DNA of 64,000 bases from Patescibacteria group bacterium. Its GTDB lineage: Bacteria > Patescibacteriota > Patescibacteriia > UBA10025 > JAHIVO01. The DNA lies in contig JBAZWB010000001.1 in NCBI GenBank assembly GCA_041660605.1, positions 558,503-622,502 on the forward strand. The letters run 5' to 3'. The notes under the pieces are model-generated. The model was not told where the DNA came from. It saw only the letters and a program-made list of their open reading frames with translations, and made no database searches. The translations under genes were made by a program, and so were the position numbers. Below, piece after piece: positions 1-9,206 of the stretch (within the stretch, counting starts at the first letter, position 1; each line of letters opens with the position of its first letter).

Positions 1-8
1 TATTTTTT

Positions 9-1883
9 TTACAATAGACTTATCGGGTCGCGGTCAATTTGCCAGTCATTTGGTATTTTTGCTATTAATGAACGCAGGCCGGTCTTTTCAAAATCATGGA
101 AAAATTTAACAACCAGATACATCTGCCACTTTCCGCCAGTATAGGGTTTTAAAGGGGTAATAATGGAAATATCCTTTATAATAACCCTCAATTTATTATA
201 TGTTTGTTTTACTTCATTCAGGCAAGCCTGCTTATCGGCATTTTTGTAAGTGAACTTTATCAATCTGCAAAATGGGGGATAATGGTACTCAAGCCTTTCA
301 TGAAGCTCTCGTTCGTAAAATTTATCGTAACGGCCATCATTTAAAGAATTAATTGCCAAATGATCCGGATTATATGTTTGTAATATTATCCTGCCCTGGC
401 ATAAATATTTAATTTTAGAAAGCATTTGCCAGGTTTTTTCTGCAGCCATAAAATCAGGCAAATAAAGGAATGAGTCAGCCGAAATGATACCGGCCAGTGA
501 GATAGTTTCCCAGTCTAGAATATCAAAGGCCATTTCTGTGCCGATGATTATTTCAAAATTATTTGGGATGTTAATTTTTTCCGTATCTTTATCAAGCCTG
601 AATATTTTTTTGTCAGGCCAGCATTTTTTTACCTCATGCTCGACTTTCTGCGTACCGCTGCCGATAAATTTAAAAATTATTCCGGAACATTTTTTGCAAA
701 AAGGAGGCAGATCAGCCTTTCTATTGCAGCTGTGACAAAATAAAAAATTTTCATGCTGGTGAAAAGCAAAAGGCAGCTGGCAATCAGAGCATTTCAAAAC
801 TTCGCCGCAATCCCGGCATAACACTGTTGAAGAACTCCCTTTTTTATTTATGAAAAGAAATATTTTTTTGCGGTTTTTTAAATTTTGATTGACAGCTTCT
901 ATTAAATCTTCCGAAAGTTGCTGGTAATTGCCTTTTTTACGTTCATTTTTTAAATTAATTATCTCCACCGTTTTTCCCTGGTTTTTTGGATGGCAGGTAA
1001 TAACCCCCTTTTTTTTGTACTGCTCAAATGTACTGACTGTAGGAGCGCAGCTTAATTTAAGTAGTTTGCATTGATAAATCTCAGATAATTGCTCTGCTAC
1101 CAGACGCGCATCAAATCTGGGATTTTGATCAGCCTGTTTATGATTTTGATTTTCTTCCTGATCGAGAATTATAAGATCAGGATTTTTTACCGGCGCAAAA
1201 AGCGCCAGTTTCGTTCCGATTATCAGTTTTACCTGGCCAGTCAGAGTTTGATTGTAATTATAGTAAAATTCATTGTTACTAAGCTGACTATGGAAAATTG
1301 CTGTTTTTCCCTTTACCCGGGCTGGAAGCATGTTTGAATATCTGTATATATCATTAATTTTTGGGCAAATTAATAAAATTGTTCCGGCTATTTTTTTTAT
1401 ACACCAATATAACATTTGAGTATATTGCTCACCGGATGCCGGCCAAAATAGAAAATTCTTATCATCTGCATCCGTGACTTTTTTTAGAAAATCTTTTAAT
1501 TCTGGCGCTAGATCAGGCTGCCAAGAGCTTCCGATATCATAAACAACCGTTTTTAATTTCCTTTTTGGAATAGCCGGGAGCATCATTTTTATAACTGTGC
1601 CAGTTGAAACAAAATAATATCTGGAAAGCCATTCAGCCAGTATGATTTGTTCATTGGTCAATATTGGATCTTCCTGGATGATATCGGCCACCTCTTTTAT
1701 TTTTTTACCGGCGATAGCGGTTTGTTTTAATCTGATAACCACGCCTTCGATAAGGGTCTTTCTGAAGGGGATTGATACCAGATAGCCGACTTTCATTGTT
1801 TTAGCCAGGCGTTCGGGAATTTGGTAGTCAAATACTCCCATGTATTTTGGGAAGCGCCGTGATAAGATAATTTCTGCGTACAT
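9..1883 (-). CDS. priA: Primosomal protein N' (PriA replication-restart helicase)
   Basis: 624 aa. Cys-rich zinc-binding insert (CRDCGEVLKCSDCQLPFAFHQHENFLFCHSCNRK...CKKCSG) between helicase lobes, typical of PriA. DExH-like helicase layout. Confidence 0.75.
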   Translation of the reverse strand: MYAEIILSRRFPKYMGVFDYQIPERLAKTMKVGYLVSIPFRKTLIEGVVIRLKQTAIAGKKIKEVADIIQEDPILTNEQIILAEWLSRYYFVSTGTVIKMMLPAIPKRKLKTVVYDIGSSWQPDLAPELKDFLKKVTDADDKNFLFWPASGEQYTQMLYWCIKKIAGTILLICPKINDIYRYSNMLPARVKGKTAIFHSQLSNNEFYYNYNQTLTGQVKLIIGTKLALFAPVKNPDLIILDQEENQNHKQADQNPRFDARLVAEQLSEIYQCKLLKLSCAPTVSTFEQYKKKGVITCHPKNQGKTVEIINLKNERKKGNYQQLSEDLIEAVNQNLKNRKKIFLFINKKGSSSTVLCRDCGEVLKCSDCQLPFAFHQHENFLFCHSCNRKADLPPFCKKCSGIIFKFIGSGTQKVEHEVKKCWPDKKIFRLDKDTEKINIPNNFEIIIGTEMAFDILDWETISLAGIISADSFLYLPDFMAAEKTWQMLSKIKYLCQGRIILQTYNPDHLAINSLNDGRYDKFYERELHERLEYHYPPFCRLIKFTYKNADKQACLNEVKQTYNKLRVIIKDISIITPLKPYTGGKWQMYLVVKFFHDFEKTGLRSLIAKIPNDWQIDRDPISLL

Positions 1884-1913
1884 TTATTAGCAGTTAATTT
1901 ACTTAGAACGAAA

Positions 1914-2432
1914 TCATTTGTGCCTTTCCACGGTAAATCTGAATAGCTCGATTTTTTTATCGCTAGGATCAATATTGCCTTTTTCGCAGCAGATCAGAAA
2001 CTGCTCTTCTGCGGTTTCAACACCGATATCGGGCAGCAGTAAACCCGTGTGTCTGGAGTCGGACCTGACAATTAATCCGTATTTTTCAGGATCGTGATTT
2101 TCTAATGTAAGAATTTTTTCAGGACTGCTTAAAACGTCGACGTTAATATCTAGATTTTCCAGCTCATCTTTGGCCAGGGGAGGGAAACGCGGATCACTGA
2201 AGGCAGCCGAAACTGCATTATTGATTATTTCTGCGGCCATATTTGGCTCAGTAGGCCGGAAAGTTCCGATACATCCGCGCAGGGAATTATCCGATTTATT
2301 GTGTAATGATACAAATACTCCCGCTTGTTTATTCAAAAAAACTTCAGGTAAATTATGCGGGCATGCCAGCATCTTCCCATTTGTTAAATAATGCCTGATC
2401 GAGCTTATTGCCAAATTTGTATAAGTGTCCAT
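1914..2432 (-). CDS. AMMECR1 domain protein (AmmeMemoRadiSam system protein A-like)
   Basis: 172 aa. LRGCIGTF signature of AMMECR1 family. Clustered with radical SAM and MEMO/LigB-like genes. Confidence 0.7.
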   Translation of the reverse strand: MDTYTNLAISSIRHYLTNGKMLACPHNLPEVFLNKQAGVFVSLHNKSDNSLRGCIGTFRPTEPNMAAEIINNAVSAAFSDPRFPPLAKDELENLDINVDVLSSPEKILTLENHDPEKYGLIVRSDSRHTGLLLPDIGVETAEEQFLICCEKGNIDPSDKKIELFRFTVERHK

Positions 2433-2503
2433 GGCCTTATTTTAGCATTATTAGCACAAATAGAAAAAGCCGTAATTAGCGGCTTTTTCAAAATAAATGT
2501 ATT

Positions 2504-3187
2504 TTACAGGTTTGAAAGTAATTTTTTTGAAATAGTGTATTCCGGTTTTACTAACTTCGACAATGTTTGACTGGAAAATAGCTTAGCCAGTAAACTGACC
2601 AGAGAATTCACCGAAACATAGCTTAAAGCAATACCGCCGGTAAACATTACCCTTTCCAGGAAGACTACCGGAATTAGAGCTATCCATACTTCAGACGGCA
2701 GGTTAAACGCATATAAAAAGGCGACCGAACCGACAGCGTGCGCCGTGAAAGTAGCGCCTAAACTGTTAAAGACCAGGCTCCTTTTTATAAATAGAGTGGC
2801 CACTGGTATCAGCCAGTAAAGTGAAAAAAACCAGGCGCCACGGCCGTTTGGGTGCAAATTAAAAAGTATTATGCAGATAATCGGCACGATGGCGATGAGG
2901 CCCCTCTTTTTCCTAAGCCCTAAATAAAAAGCTGCAAAAGCCAACGGGAAGAAACGAACGATAGTAATAAAATCGAGAGTTTGGTGAGTTATAAGTGCAT
3001 TAGTAAATTTAACGGCTATGACAGCTATTGCGCCCCAGATTGAAGCTAGAAACATGCCGATAGCAGGCGCAAAAAAATCAAATAAGCTGAATTTCTGGCC
3101 TGAGCCTACGATATTAGTAAAGGGTATTTGCAATAGCAAAAAACCCAAAATGGTAAACACAGCAATAAACAGAAACTTCTTTTTCAT
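2504..3187 (-). CDS. Polytopic membrane protein (about 6-7 TM), function unknown
   Basis: 227 aa, hydrophobic throughout. Sits inside the AMMECR1/MEMO/rSAM cluster. Confidence 0.45.
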   Translation of the reverse strand: MKKKFLFIAVFTILGFLLLQIPFTNIVGSGQKFSLFDFFAPAIGMFLASIWGAIAVIAVKFTNALITHQTLDFITIVRFFPLAFAAFYLGLRKKRGLIAIVPIICIILFNLHPNGRGAWFFSLYWLIPVATLFIKRSLVFNSLGATFTAHAVGSVAFLYAFNLPSEVWIALIPVVFLERVMFTGGIALSYVSVNSLVSLLAKLFSSQTLSKLVKPEYTISKKLLSNL

Positions 3188-3209
3188 AATTTTTATTAAA
3201 TATTAATAA

Positions 3210-4007
3210 TTATCTTGGAAGCTGGAAATTCACTACTAAATATCCTACACCAAACGGCCCTTCATAAGACAGGATTTCCGGAGTATATTCCGTGGTGTTC
3301 AAAATGCCCAGTAAAATTATCAGTGAGCGTAAGCCGCATTCACCGGCTTCATCTATAAAATCTTCATCCAGAGATTTTATGCCGTTGTGATCTCTAGATT
3401 TTATTTTTTCAATTATCGTTTCGTCGAATTTTTTTGCCCAATGGGAGTATCCGGCCGGAGCATCGGTTGTCAGACGATGAGACATGTCTCCGGAGGCGAT
3501 TACGGCAATTCTCTTTGTATCATTGATAATATCTTCCTGAAGCTTACGTCCTAAATCGTAATGTGCCTGATAGTCGAGCAGGGAATAGGAAATGGGTACG
3601 ATTTTTATTTTATTACTATCAAATAATTTAGTCAAATAATACAGCGGGACGCCAACGCCATGGTCAAGTTTTTCCTGGTGTGTCAGCACAACCGGAATTT
3701 TTGTTTCCAAAATTTCTTTATAATGATGTATCAAGCCTATATCTCCATTCAGCGGGATTTTTATTGACAAATCGCCGAAATCATTGAAATTAATTTCAAA
3801 TTTTGGCGACATATTTATGCTAAAAGCTTCAGGTATAATCTGACCGTGCGGAGAAATCGTAATAATTGTCTCCGGCTTGGAGGCATAAAGCTCTTCCGCC
3901 AGTTTTTGCATTGCTTTAACGGTTTTTTCCACAAATTTCAGATTTTCTTTACCGATTTCCGGGACAATTAATGGCGGATGCGGGGTTAAGGCGCTGAAGA
4001 CTAGCAT
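3210..4007 (-). CDS. MEMO1 / class III extradiol dioxygenase subunit B superfamily protein (AmmeMemoRadiSam system protein B candidate)
   Basis: 265 aa. N-terminal HPPLIVPE (H-x-P), ISPHGQ and SGDMSH motifs resemble the His-ligand motifs of the LigB/MEMO superfamily. Genomic context with AMMECR1 and rSAM. Confidence 0.5.
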   Translation of the reverse strand: MLVFSALTPHPPLIVPEIGKENLKFVEKTVKAMQKLAEELYASKPETIITISPHGQIIPEAFSINMSPKFEINFNDFGDLSIKIPLNGDIGLIHHYKEILETKIPVVLTHQEKLDHGVGVPLYYLTKLFDSNKIKIVPISYSLLDYQAHYDLGRKLQEDIINDTKRIAVIASGDMSHRLTTDAPAGYSHWAKKFDETIIEKIKSRDHNGIKSLDEDFIDEAGECGLRSLIILLGILNTTEYTPEILSYEGPFGVGYLVVNFQLPR

Positions 4008-4010
4008 AAG

Positions 4011-5411
4011 TTATTGTTGATTAATGTCTATAGGGTCACCTTCAAGATGGATTAAAACGGCTTTATCGGTAGTCCAAATGATGTTTTTCCATTGAAATCC
4101 CAGAGCATCGAATGTTTCCTTGCTGGCAATGCCATGGCGTATGCCATTATTAACAAAATAAACACCATGCATTCCAGGCGAAGTGATTAATTCTCCATCT
4201 TTGAAAGTTATAGGATCACCCTGCGGATACTGATCAATCTCGCTTTGTTCTACCACCACGGGCTTGCGGGTAGCAAATCTGTTTTTAAGAATTTCTTTTG
4301 ACCAGATTGATTGTCTGACTCCGTTCTCCACATAAGATATTCCGCCGGTTTCTTTGGACTGCAATAAAACTCCGGTTGGGTAGATACTGCGCATATTTAT
4401 ATTTGGACCGAAGCTATAGGCCGATAATTCAGATTCACTGGCTTTAATAATCTCTTCAGGGTTGAAGCCAATTTCACGAAAAACATCAGGCGACTCAATA
4501 TATCGGCGCTGATCCCCGTCAATCAGATATACCCGGCCAGTTTCATTGGATAGTATCAACGAATAGTTGGCAAACTTGATCGGCGCGCCATCTGGATAAG
4601 CGTTAATATCACTCAGAGAAACCAGAATTATTTTTGATGGATCAAAACGCGAGACCAGGGCAGAACGTGATAAAAATGGCCGTCGTTTGCCGTCTTTAAT
4701 TAAATATACTCCATTTTCTCCCTCAACCTGAACAAGCGAACCGTCGGGATAATGCTTAGTGAACCATTGGTTCCAAAATTTCCAAATGTTAAAATTGGCA
4801 TTATATACATAGGGAGTGTAAGTATATAATGCAGCTGTGGCGTTATTAGCGGGAGTTACTTGATAGCCGTCACCGGTAGTTTTGGTGATTCCGGGACCCC
4901 AGCCGGTAAATGTCCTGCCATATAACTCGAGATCAGCCAAGTAGCTTTCCCTGATTTTTCGGGCTGACCATAAGACTTGATTATAGAAACCCTTATATTT
5001 TGCCACTGCCGGGTCATCTTTTGAGCAGCTGTCGCAGACAGCATAGCCGGTTGCCCAATCAAGCTGAGCTTGACTAGGAGTACTGTCTGTAATCAGACTT
5101 TGTTCTATCTGCATCCTGACCATCAGATATTGGGGATTAATAGTCCACTGGCGTCCGACTTCGTATAGTATTTCAGCAGCTGTTTTTTCATTCCCATTCG
5201 CGTCAGTAGTTTTATATGTTCCCAAAGCGCCTTGTCCGGATAAAAAGTTTTGAATCCTGGCCAACGAAGTGGCATTGGCATTAGTCATATCAATGTCCGA
5301 AATAATGTGATTTGGGTTGAAAGTTACGGCCAAAGCAGTTACCGGAAACATGAAAAAAGCCATGATGCAAATAATAGCGTTTTTTATTATTTTTTTGCTT
5401 GGCATAATCAA
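4011..5411 (-). CDS. Secreted protein with N-terminal signal peptide, about 200-aa N-domain and four tandem about 50-aa repeats
   Basis: 466 aa. Hydrophobic signal (IICIMAFFMFPVTALA). Repeats GVYLIKDGKRRPF / GRVYLIDGDQRRYI / GISYVENGVRQSI / GVYFVNNGIRHGI, each followed by a GF..I.. motif. Confidence 0.45.
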   Translation of the reverse strand: MIMPSKKIIKNAIICIMAFFMFPVTALAVTFNPNHIISDIDMTNANATSLARIQNFLSGQGALGTYKTTDANGNEKTAAEILYEVGRQWTINPQYLMVRMQIEQSLITDSTPSQAQLDWATGYAVCDSCSKDDPAVAKYKGFYNQVLWSARKIRESYLADLELYGRTFTGWGPGITKTTGDGYQVTPANNATAALYTYTPYVYNANFNIWKFWNQWFTKHYPDGSLVQVEGENGVYLIKDGKRRPFLSRSALVSRFDPSKIILVSLSDINAYPDGAPIKFANYSLILSNETGRVYLIDGDQRRYIESPDVFREIGFNPEEIIKASESELSAYSFGPNINMRSIYPTGVLLQSKETGGISYVENGVRQSIWSKEILKNRFATRKPVVVEQSEIDQYPQGDPITFKDGELITSPGMHGVYFVNNGIRHGIASKETFDALGFQWKNIIWTTDKAVLIHLEGDPIDINQQ

Positions 5412-6454
5412 TTAAATAATGGTTTTATCTTATATTGGCACTTAGGGCATTGGCCTTTATTATCGTATCTATCTATATCATAACCAAAACGTCTGATAAC
5501 AATTGTAGCACATTTTGGGCAATATGTGTTTTCAGATTCAAGACCCGGTACATTGCCGGTATAAACGTAATTTAAGCCGGCTTTTTTGCCGATATCCCAG
5601 GCTTTTTTCAGAGTTATTGCTTTGCTTTCTGGCAAATCCTGCAGTTTATATGAGATTTCCGGAGAAAATGAGGAAATATGCCAGGGTGTATCCGGGCCTA
5701 GTTCAGTTAAAATGAAGTCAGCCATTTGACTAAACATTTTTTCATCATCGCTGAGAGTGGGAATAGAAAGCGTGGTAATCTCTATCCAAATGCCGAATTT
5801 TTTCAGCGTTTTTAAATTTTTTAAAATCGGCTGAAGCTTACCGCCGCAGATTTTTAGATAGTCTTTGTCATTAAAAAATTTTAAATCAACATTAATTGCG
5901 TCAAGATAGGGGATGATCAGCTCCAGCGTTTTTTCTGACATATAGCCGTTTGACACCCAGACGTTTTTTATTTTTTTTGATCTAGCCAATTTCATGCAGT
6001 CAAGAGCGTATTCCATCCAGATAGTCGGTTCAGTATAAGTGTAAGCAATGCTCTGGCAATTATTTTTCAAAGCATCGTTGATTACCTGAACTGGCGGCAG
6101 GTTTTCGCCGCTGATTTTCAGATCAGTATAGCCGGTTTGTTTTGAAGCCTGGGAGATTTGCCAGTTCTGACAATTATCACAGCGAAAATTGCACCCAACG
6201 GTGGCTATAGATAAGGCTTTAGAGCCCGGTAAAAAATGAAAAAATGGCTTTTTTTCGATGGGATCAATAGCTTCGGAGATAGCTTTGCCATATACTAACA
6301 GATAAAGTTTCCCATTGTGATTTTCCCGGACCCCGCAAATTCCCCGATGATTAACAAAAATAGCGCAGTGATGGTTGCAGACATGGCATTGCACTTTATT
6401 ATTTTCTAGCTTTTCATAAAGAAGAGCCTCTTTCATGATAATATATTTTAACAT
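5408..6454 (-). CDS. AmmeMemoRadiSam system radical SAM enzyme
   Basis: 348 aa. N-terminal Cys cluster (CHVCNHHCAI...CGVREN) followed by the CNFRCDNC (CX3CX2C) radical SAM motif. Architecture typical of the PFL-activase-like rSAM partner of AMMECR1/MEMO. Confidence 0.8.
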   Translation of the reverse strand: MLKYIIMKEALLYEKLENNKVQCHVCNHHCAIFVNHRGICGVRENHNGKLYLLVYGKAISEAIDPIEKKPFFHFLPGSKALSIATVGCNFRCDNCQNWQISQASKQTGYTDLKISGENLPPVQVINDALKNNCQSIAYTYTEPTIWMEYALDCMKLARSKKIKNVWVSNGYMSEKTLELIIPYLDAINVDLKFFNDKDYLKICGGKLQPILKNLKTLKKFGIWIEITTLSIPTLSDDEKMFSQMADFILTELGPDTPWHISSFSPEISYKLQDLPESKAITLKKAWDIGKKAGLNYVYTGNVPGLESENTYCPKCATIVIRRFGYDIDRYDNKGQCPKCQYKIKPLFN

Positions 6455-6526
6455 ATTCTAATTGGTTGATAAAGCGTAATAATCAGGGTTTTTGTAAAAA
6501 AATGCTTATTAAAGTATAATTTAGCT

Positions 6527-7072
6527 ATGAAAAAAAGGGTCTTTATTGCCATTGATCTGCCGGAAATTTTGAAGCAGGAAATAAAGAAACTGCAGATTAA
6601 ACTGCAAAAATTTAGTTGGCCAGTACGCTGGGAAGAAAAAGAGAAATTGCATTTAACACTTCGTTTTTTAGGTTTAATTGATGAACACCAGATATCAAGC
6701 ATAAGCAGGATCGTCAAAGAAGCAGTAGCTAAATCCGAATCATTTCAACTGTCAGTCGATGGTTTTATCGCATATCCTAATCTAAGATTCCCCAGCGTAA
6801 TTTGTTTGCTGATTGAAGATAGTAAAACCCTTTATAGTTTACAAGGCGAAATTGACAGTACCATTGAAAAACAGAATATCGGTGAAAAAGAACGGCATCC
6901 TTTTTCCGCGCACATTACCATAGGACGAGTAGGAAAAATAAATACAAACTTTCACGCTTTGAACAAAATAGAATTTAAATCAAAATTTGATGTTCAATCA
7001 ATGGAAATAATGGAAAGTAAATTAGATAATGAAGGCAGTAAATATTTTATTTTAAAATCATTCAAATTATAA
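6527..7072 (+). CDS. thpR: RNA 2',3'-cyclic phosphodiesterase / 2'-5' RNA ligase (2H phosphoesterase)
   Basis: 181 aa. Two H-x-T-x motifs (HLTLRFLG and HITIGRV) diagnostic of LigT/ThpR. Confidence 0.75.
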   Translation: MKKRVFIAIDLPEILKQEIKKLQIKLQKFSWPVRWEEKEKLHLTLRFLGLIDEHQISSISRIVKEAVAKSESFQLSVDGFIAYPNLRFPSVICLLIEDSKTLYSLQGEIDSTIEKQNIGEKERHPFSAHITIGRVGKINTNFHALNKIEFKSKFDVQSMEIMESKLDNEGSKYFILKSFKL

Positions 7073-7075
7073 AAA

Positions 7076-7819
7076 ATGGAAATTAGAATATTAGGCGTTA
7101 AAATTGATAATTTTTCTTTAGCTGAAGTTTTGCAAAAAGTAAAAAGTTTTTTAATCAGCAAAAATCAGCATTATATTGTCACCACTAATCCCGAATTTAT
7201 TATGGCCAGCCGCCATGACGATGAATTTAGGAATATTTTGAACAAAGCTGATTTATCCGTGGCTGACGGGATTGGCATTAAATTTGCCGCTAAACATTTG
7301 GGTAATAAATTAAAGGAACGGATAAGTGGTGTTGATTTAATATGGGAAATTTGCCGGATCGCAGAACAAGAAAAAAAATCTGTTTTTTTACTGGGGTCCA
7401 AAAGGGGAGTGCCGGAAACTGCGGCTGTTAAAATTATTCAAAAATTTCCAGATTTAAAGTTAGCCGGCGTTGAGTGTGGTTACCGGCGTTGGCACAGACA
7501 CATGAAAGATGACAAATTAGTGGAAATAATCAACCGCCGCAAGCCGGATGTTTTATTTGTTGCTTTTGGGCAGGTAAAGCAGGAAAAATGGATATATCAT
7601 AATTTGCCTAAAATGCCCTCAATTAAGCTGGCTATGGGCGTTGGCGGGTCATTTGACTATATTTCCGGCAAAACGCGCCGTGCCCCTAAATGGATGCGAA
7701 ATATGGGTCTGGAATGGTTTTTCCGCCTTATTTACCAACCCTGGCGTCTACCGCGTATAATTACCGCAGTATTGAAGTTCAGTCTGGCAGTCAGAAAGTC
7801 AAAAAAACATGAAATTTAA
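7076..7819 (+). CDS. WecB/TagA/CpsF family glycosyltransferase
   Basis: 247 aa. ILGVKIDNFSLAEV...YIVTTNPEFIM N-terminus typical of TagA/WecG. Confidence 0.7.
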   Translation: MEIRILGVKIDNFSLAEVLQKVKSFLISKNQHYIVTTNPEFIMASRHDDEFRNILNKADLSVADGIGIKFAAKHLGNKLKERISGVDLIWEICRIAEQEKKSVFLLGSKRGVPETAAVKIIQKFPDLKLAGVECGYRRWHRHMKDDKLVEIINRRKPDVLFVAFGQVKQEKWIYHNLPKMPSIKLAMGVGGSFDYISGKTRRAPKWMRNMGLEWFFRLIYQPWRLPRIITAVLKFSLAVRKSKKHEI

Positions 7820-8477
7820 ATATTTTGATATTATTTTAGGGTTGTTTGTGGCAGTATTGCTTATTTCAAACATTGCTTCCACAAAAATATTGAAATTAGG
7901 CCCATTTACCTTTGATGGAGGAACTATTTTATTTCCAATAATTTACATTTTTGGCGATATTTTAACTGAAGTGTACGGCTACCGGGCCTCACGCAGGGTT
8001 ATCTGGACAGGTTTTTTTAGCGCTTTACTCATGTCAATTATCTTTATTATTGTTGGCAGGCTACCAGCAGCTGATGGTTGGGTGAATCAGGATGCTTACA
8101 ATAAAATTTTAGGCCTGACTCCCAGAATTGTCACCGCCTCCTTAATTGCATATTTTTGTGGAGAATTTTCCAATTCATTTATTTTAGCCAAAATGAAAAT
8201 ATTTACTAAAGGAAAATATCTTTGGACCAGAACAATCGGTTCAACAATTGTTGGAGAAGGCGCTGATACTATATTATTTGTAGTCATTGCGTTTTTTGGC
8301 ATTCTGCCAATGAGCTTGCTTCTGGCAATAGTTATTTCAAACTACCTTTTTAAAGTCGGATTTGAAATAATTTTAACGCCGGCCACTTACAAAATAGTAG
8401 GTTGGCTGAAAAGAAAAGAAAATTCGGATGTTTATGATACGCAGACAAATTTCAATCCGTTCTCGATAAAAAAATAA
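7809..8477 (+). CDS. yhhQ: Queuosine precursor transporter (YhhQ/DUF165 family)
   Basis: 222 aa. FTFDGGTILFPIIYIFGDILTEVYGY matches the conserved YhhQ N-terminal motif. About 6 TM. Confidence 0.7.
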   Translation: MKFKYFDIILGLFVAVLLISNIASTKILKLGPFTFDGGTILFPIIYIFGDILTEVYGYRASRRVIWTGFFSALLMSIIFIIVGRLPAADGWVNQDAYNKILGLTPRIVTASLIAYFCGEFSNSFILAKMKIFTKGKYLWTRTIGSTIVGEGADTILFVVIAFFGILPMSLLLAIVISNYLFKVGFEIILTPATYKIVGWLKRKENSDVYDTQTNFNPFSIKK

Positions 8478-8599
8478 ACACGATAAAAATTTTCAAATTT
8501 AGTGAAATACCGCACCCCTTCACGATTTCGTATTAATAAGACCGTGCTAATAAATAAATTAAATTAATTAAGAAATAATTGTTTTTAATAATGTCCATC

Positions 8600-8628
8600 T
8601 TGACAGATTTTTCTTATAATAATATACT
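8600..8628 (+). promoter_or_regulatory. Sigma70-type promoter TTGACA-17-TATACT
   Basis: TTGACA at 8600-8605, 17-nt spacer, TATACT at 8623-8628. No ORF follows for about 250 nt. Confidence 0.4.
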
Positions 8629-8890
8629 AAAATTGACAATTGAATAGACGGTAAGTGTTTTCGGAAGCAGTCAAAAAACACTTAAAACAAAAACCAATAT
8701 CCGATAAAGTAGTTGGTTCTTTTACATTCGAAATTAATAATATTTTGCTAGGTGGGACCACTTCTTTGTCTGAGCTGGTATCAAGCAAGGTAGCAGGGAA
8801 AAAAAATTCAGGATTTCCTAGTATCTTTTCTTGAACCGGACCCCTTGGTTTTAAAAAGGCCAGGCCTCAAAAGGAGCTATTCAAAAGGTC

Positions 8891-9112
8891 TTGCCTAGCG
8901 ATATATTATTAATTAACAGCTCGCGTATGCGTACGAAGACAAAAAGGGAACTGATCGAGGACATGAAATTTCAGCAAATGAAAAGGTTCCTCGGCATACA
9001 CCGGGTGAGAAATTATTGTTCCGGCTGCGGTGAGGAAATTCATGAGCCGATTTACTGCCAGGAATGCCAGGCGGAAATCGAAAGGATTAATCTGAGGAAT
9101 CAGTTTAAGTAG
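8891..9112 (+). CDS. Small zinc-ribbon protein (CxxC-x13-CxxC), TTG start in ORF track. ATG alternative at 8936
   Basis: 73 aa. GGAG at 8868-8871 upstream. C-terminal CSGCGEE...CQECQAE. Weak hairpin plus U-rich tail after stop (about 9160-9190). Confidence 0.3.
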   Translation: MPSDILLINSSRMRTKTKRELIEDMKFQQMKRFLGIHRVRNYCSGCGEEIHEPIYCQECQAEIERINLRNQFK

Positions 9113-9206
9113 AAGAAGCGCACCTATAAATTCGAAATTTTGGAGGCCCCAAAAATGATTTTGGGCTGCTTTGGTTATTTAATAATTATTATGATATAAT
9201 TTAAAC

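Noticed and set aside
484-1337. Small plus-strand ORFs (484..735, 1089..1337) inside priA, and similar antisense ORFs inside other long genes (e.g. 7171..7401, 17358..17731, 24226..24599, 45118..45879, 47097..47465, 51457..52015)
   Set aside because: Each lies antisense within a well-supported conserved gene, is low-complexity, and has no expression signals.
8478-8890. Tested the long untranslated region for tmRNA, RNase P RNA, SRP RNA and common riboswitch consensus sequences
   Set aside because: No GGUUCGAUUCC/CCA tRNA-like end, no AGGAAAGUCCGG P4 motif, and no GGAA-tetraloop SRP helix 8. Only a weak CGGAAGCAG resemblance. Left as an unassigned structured RNA.
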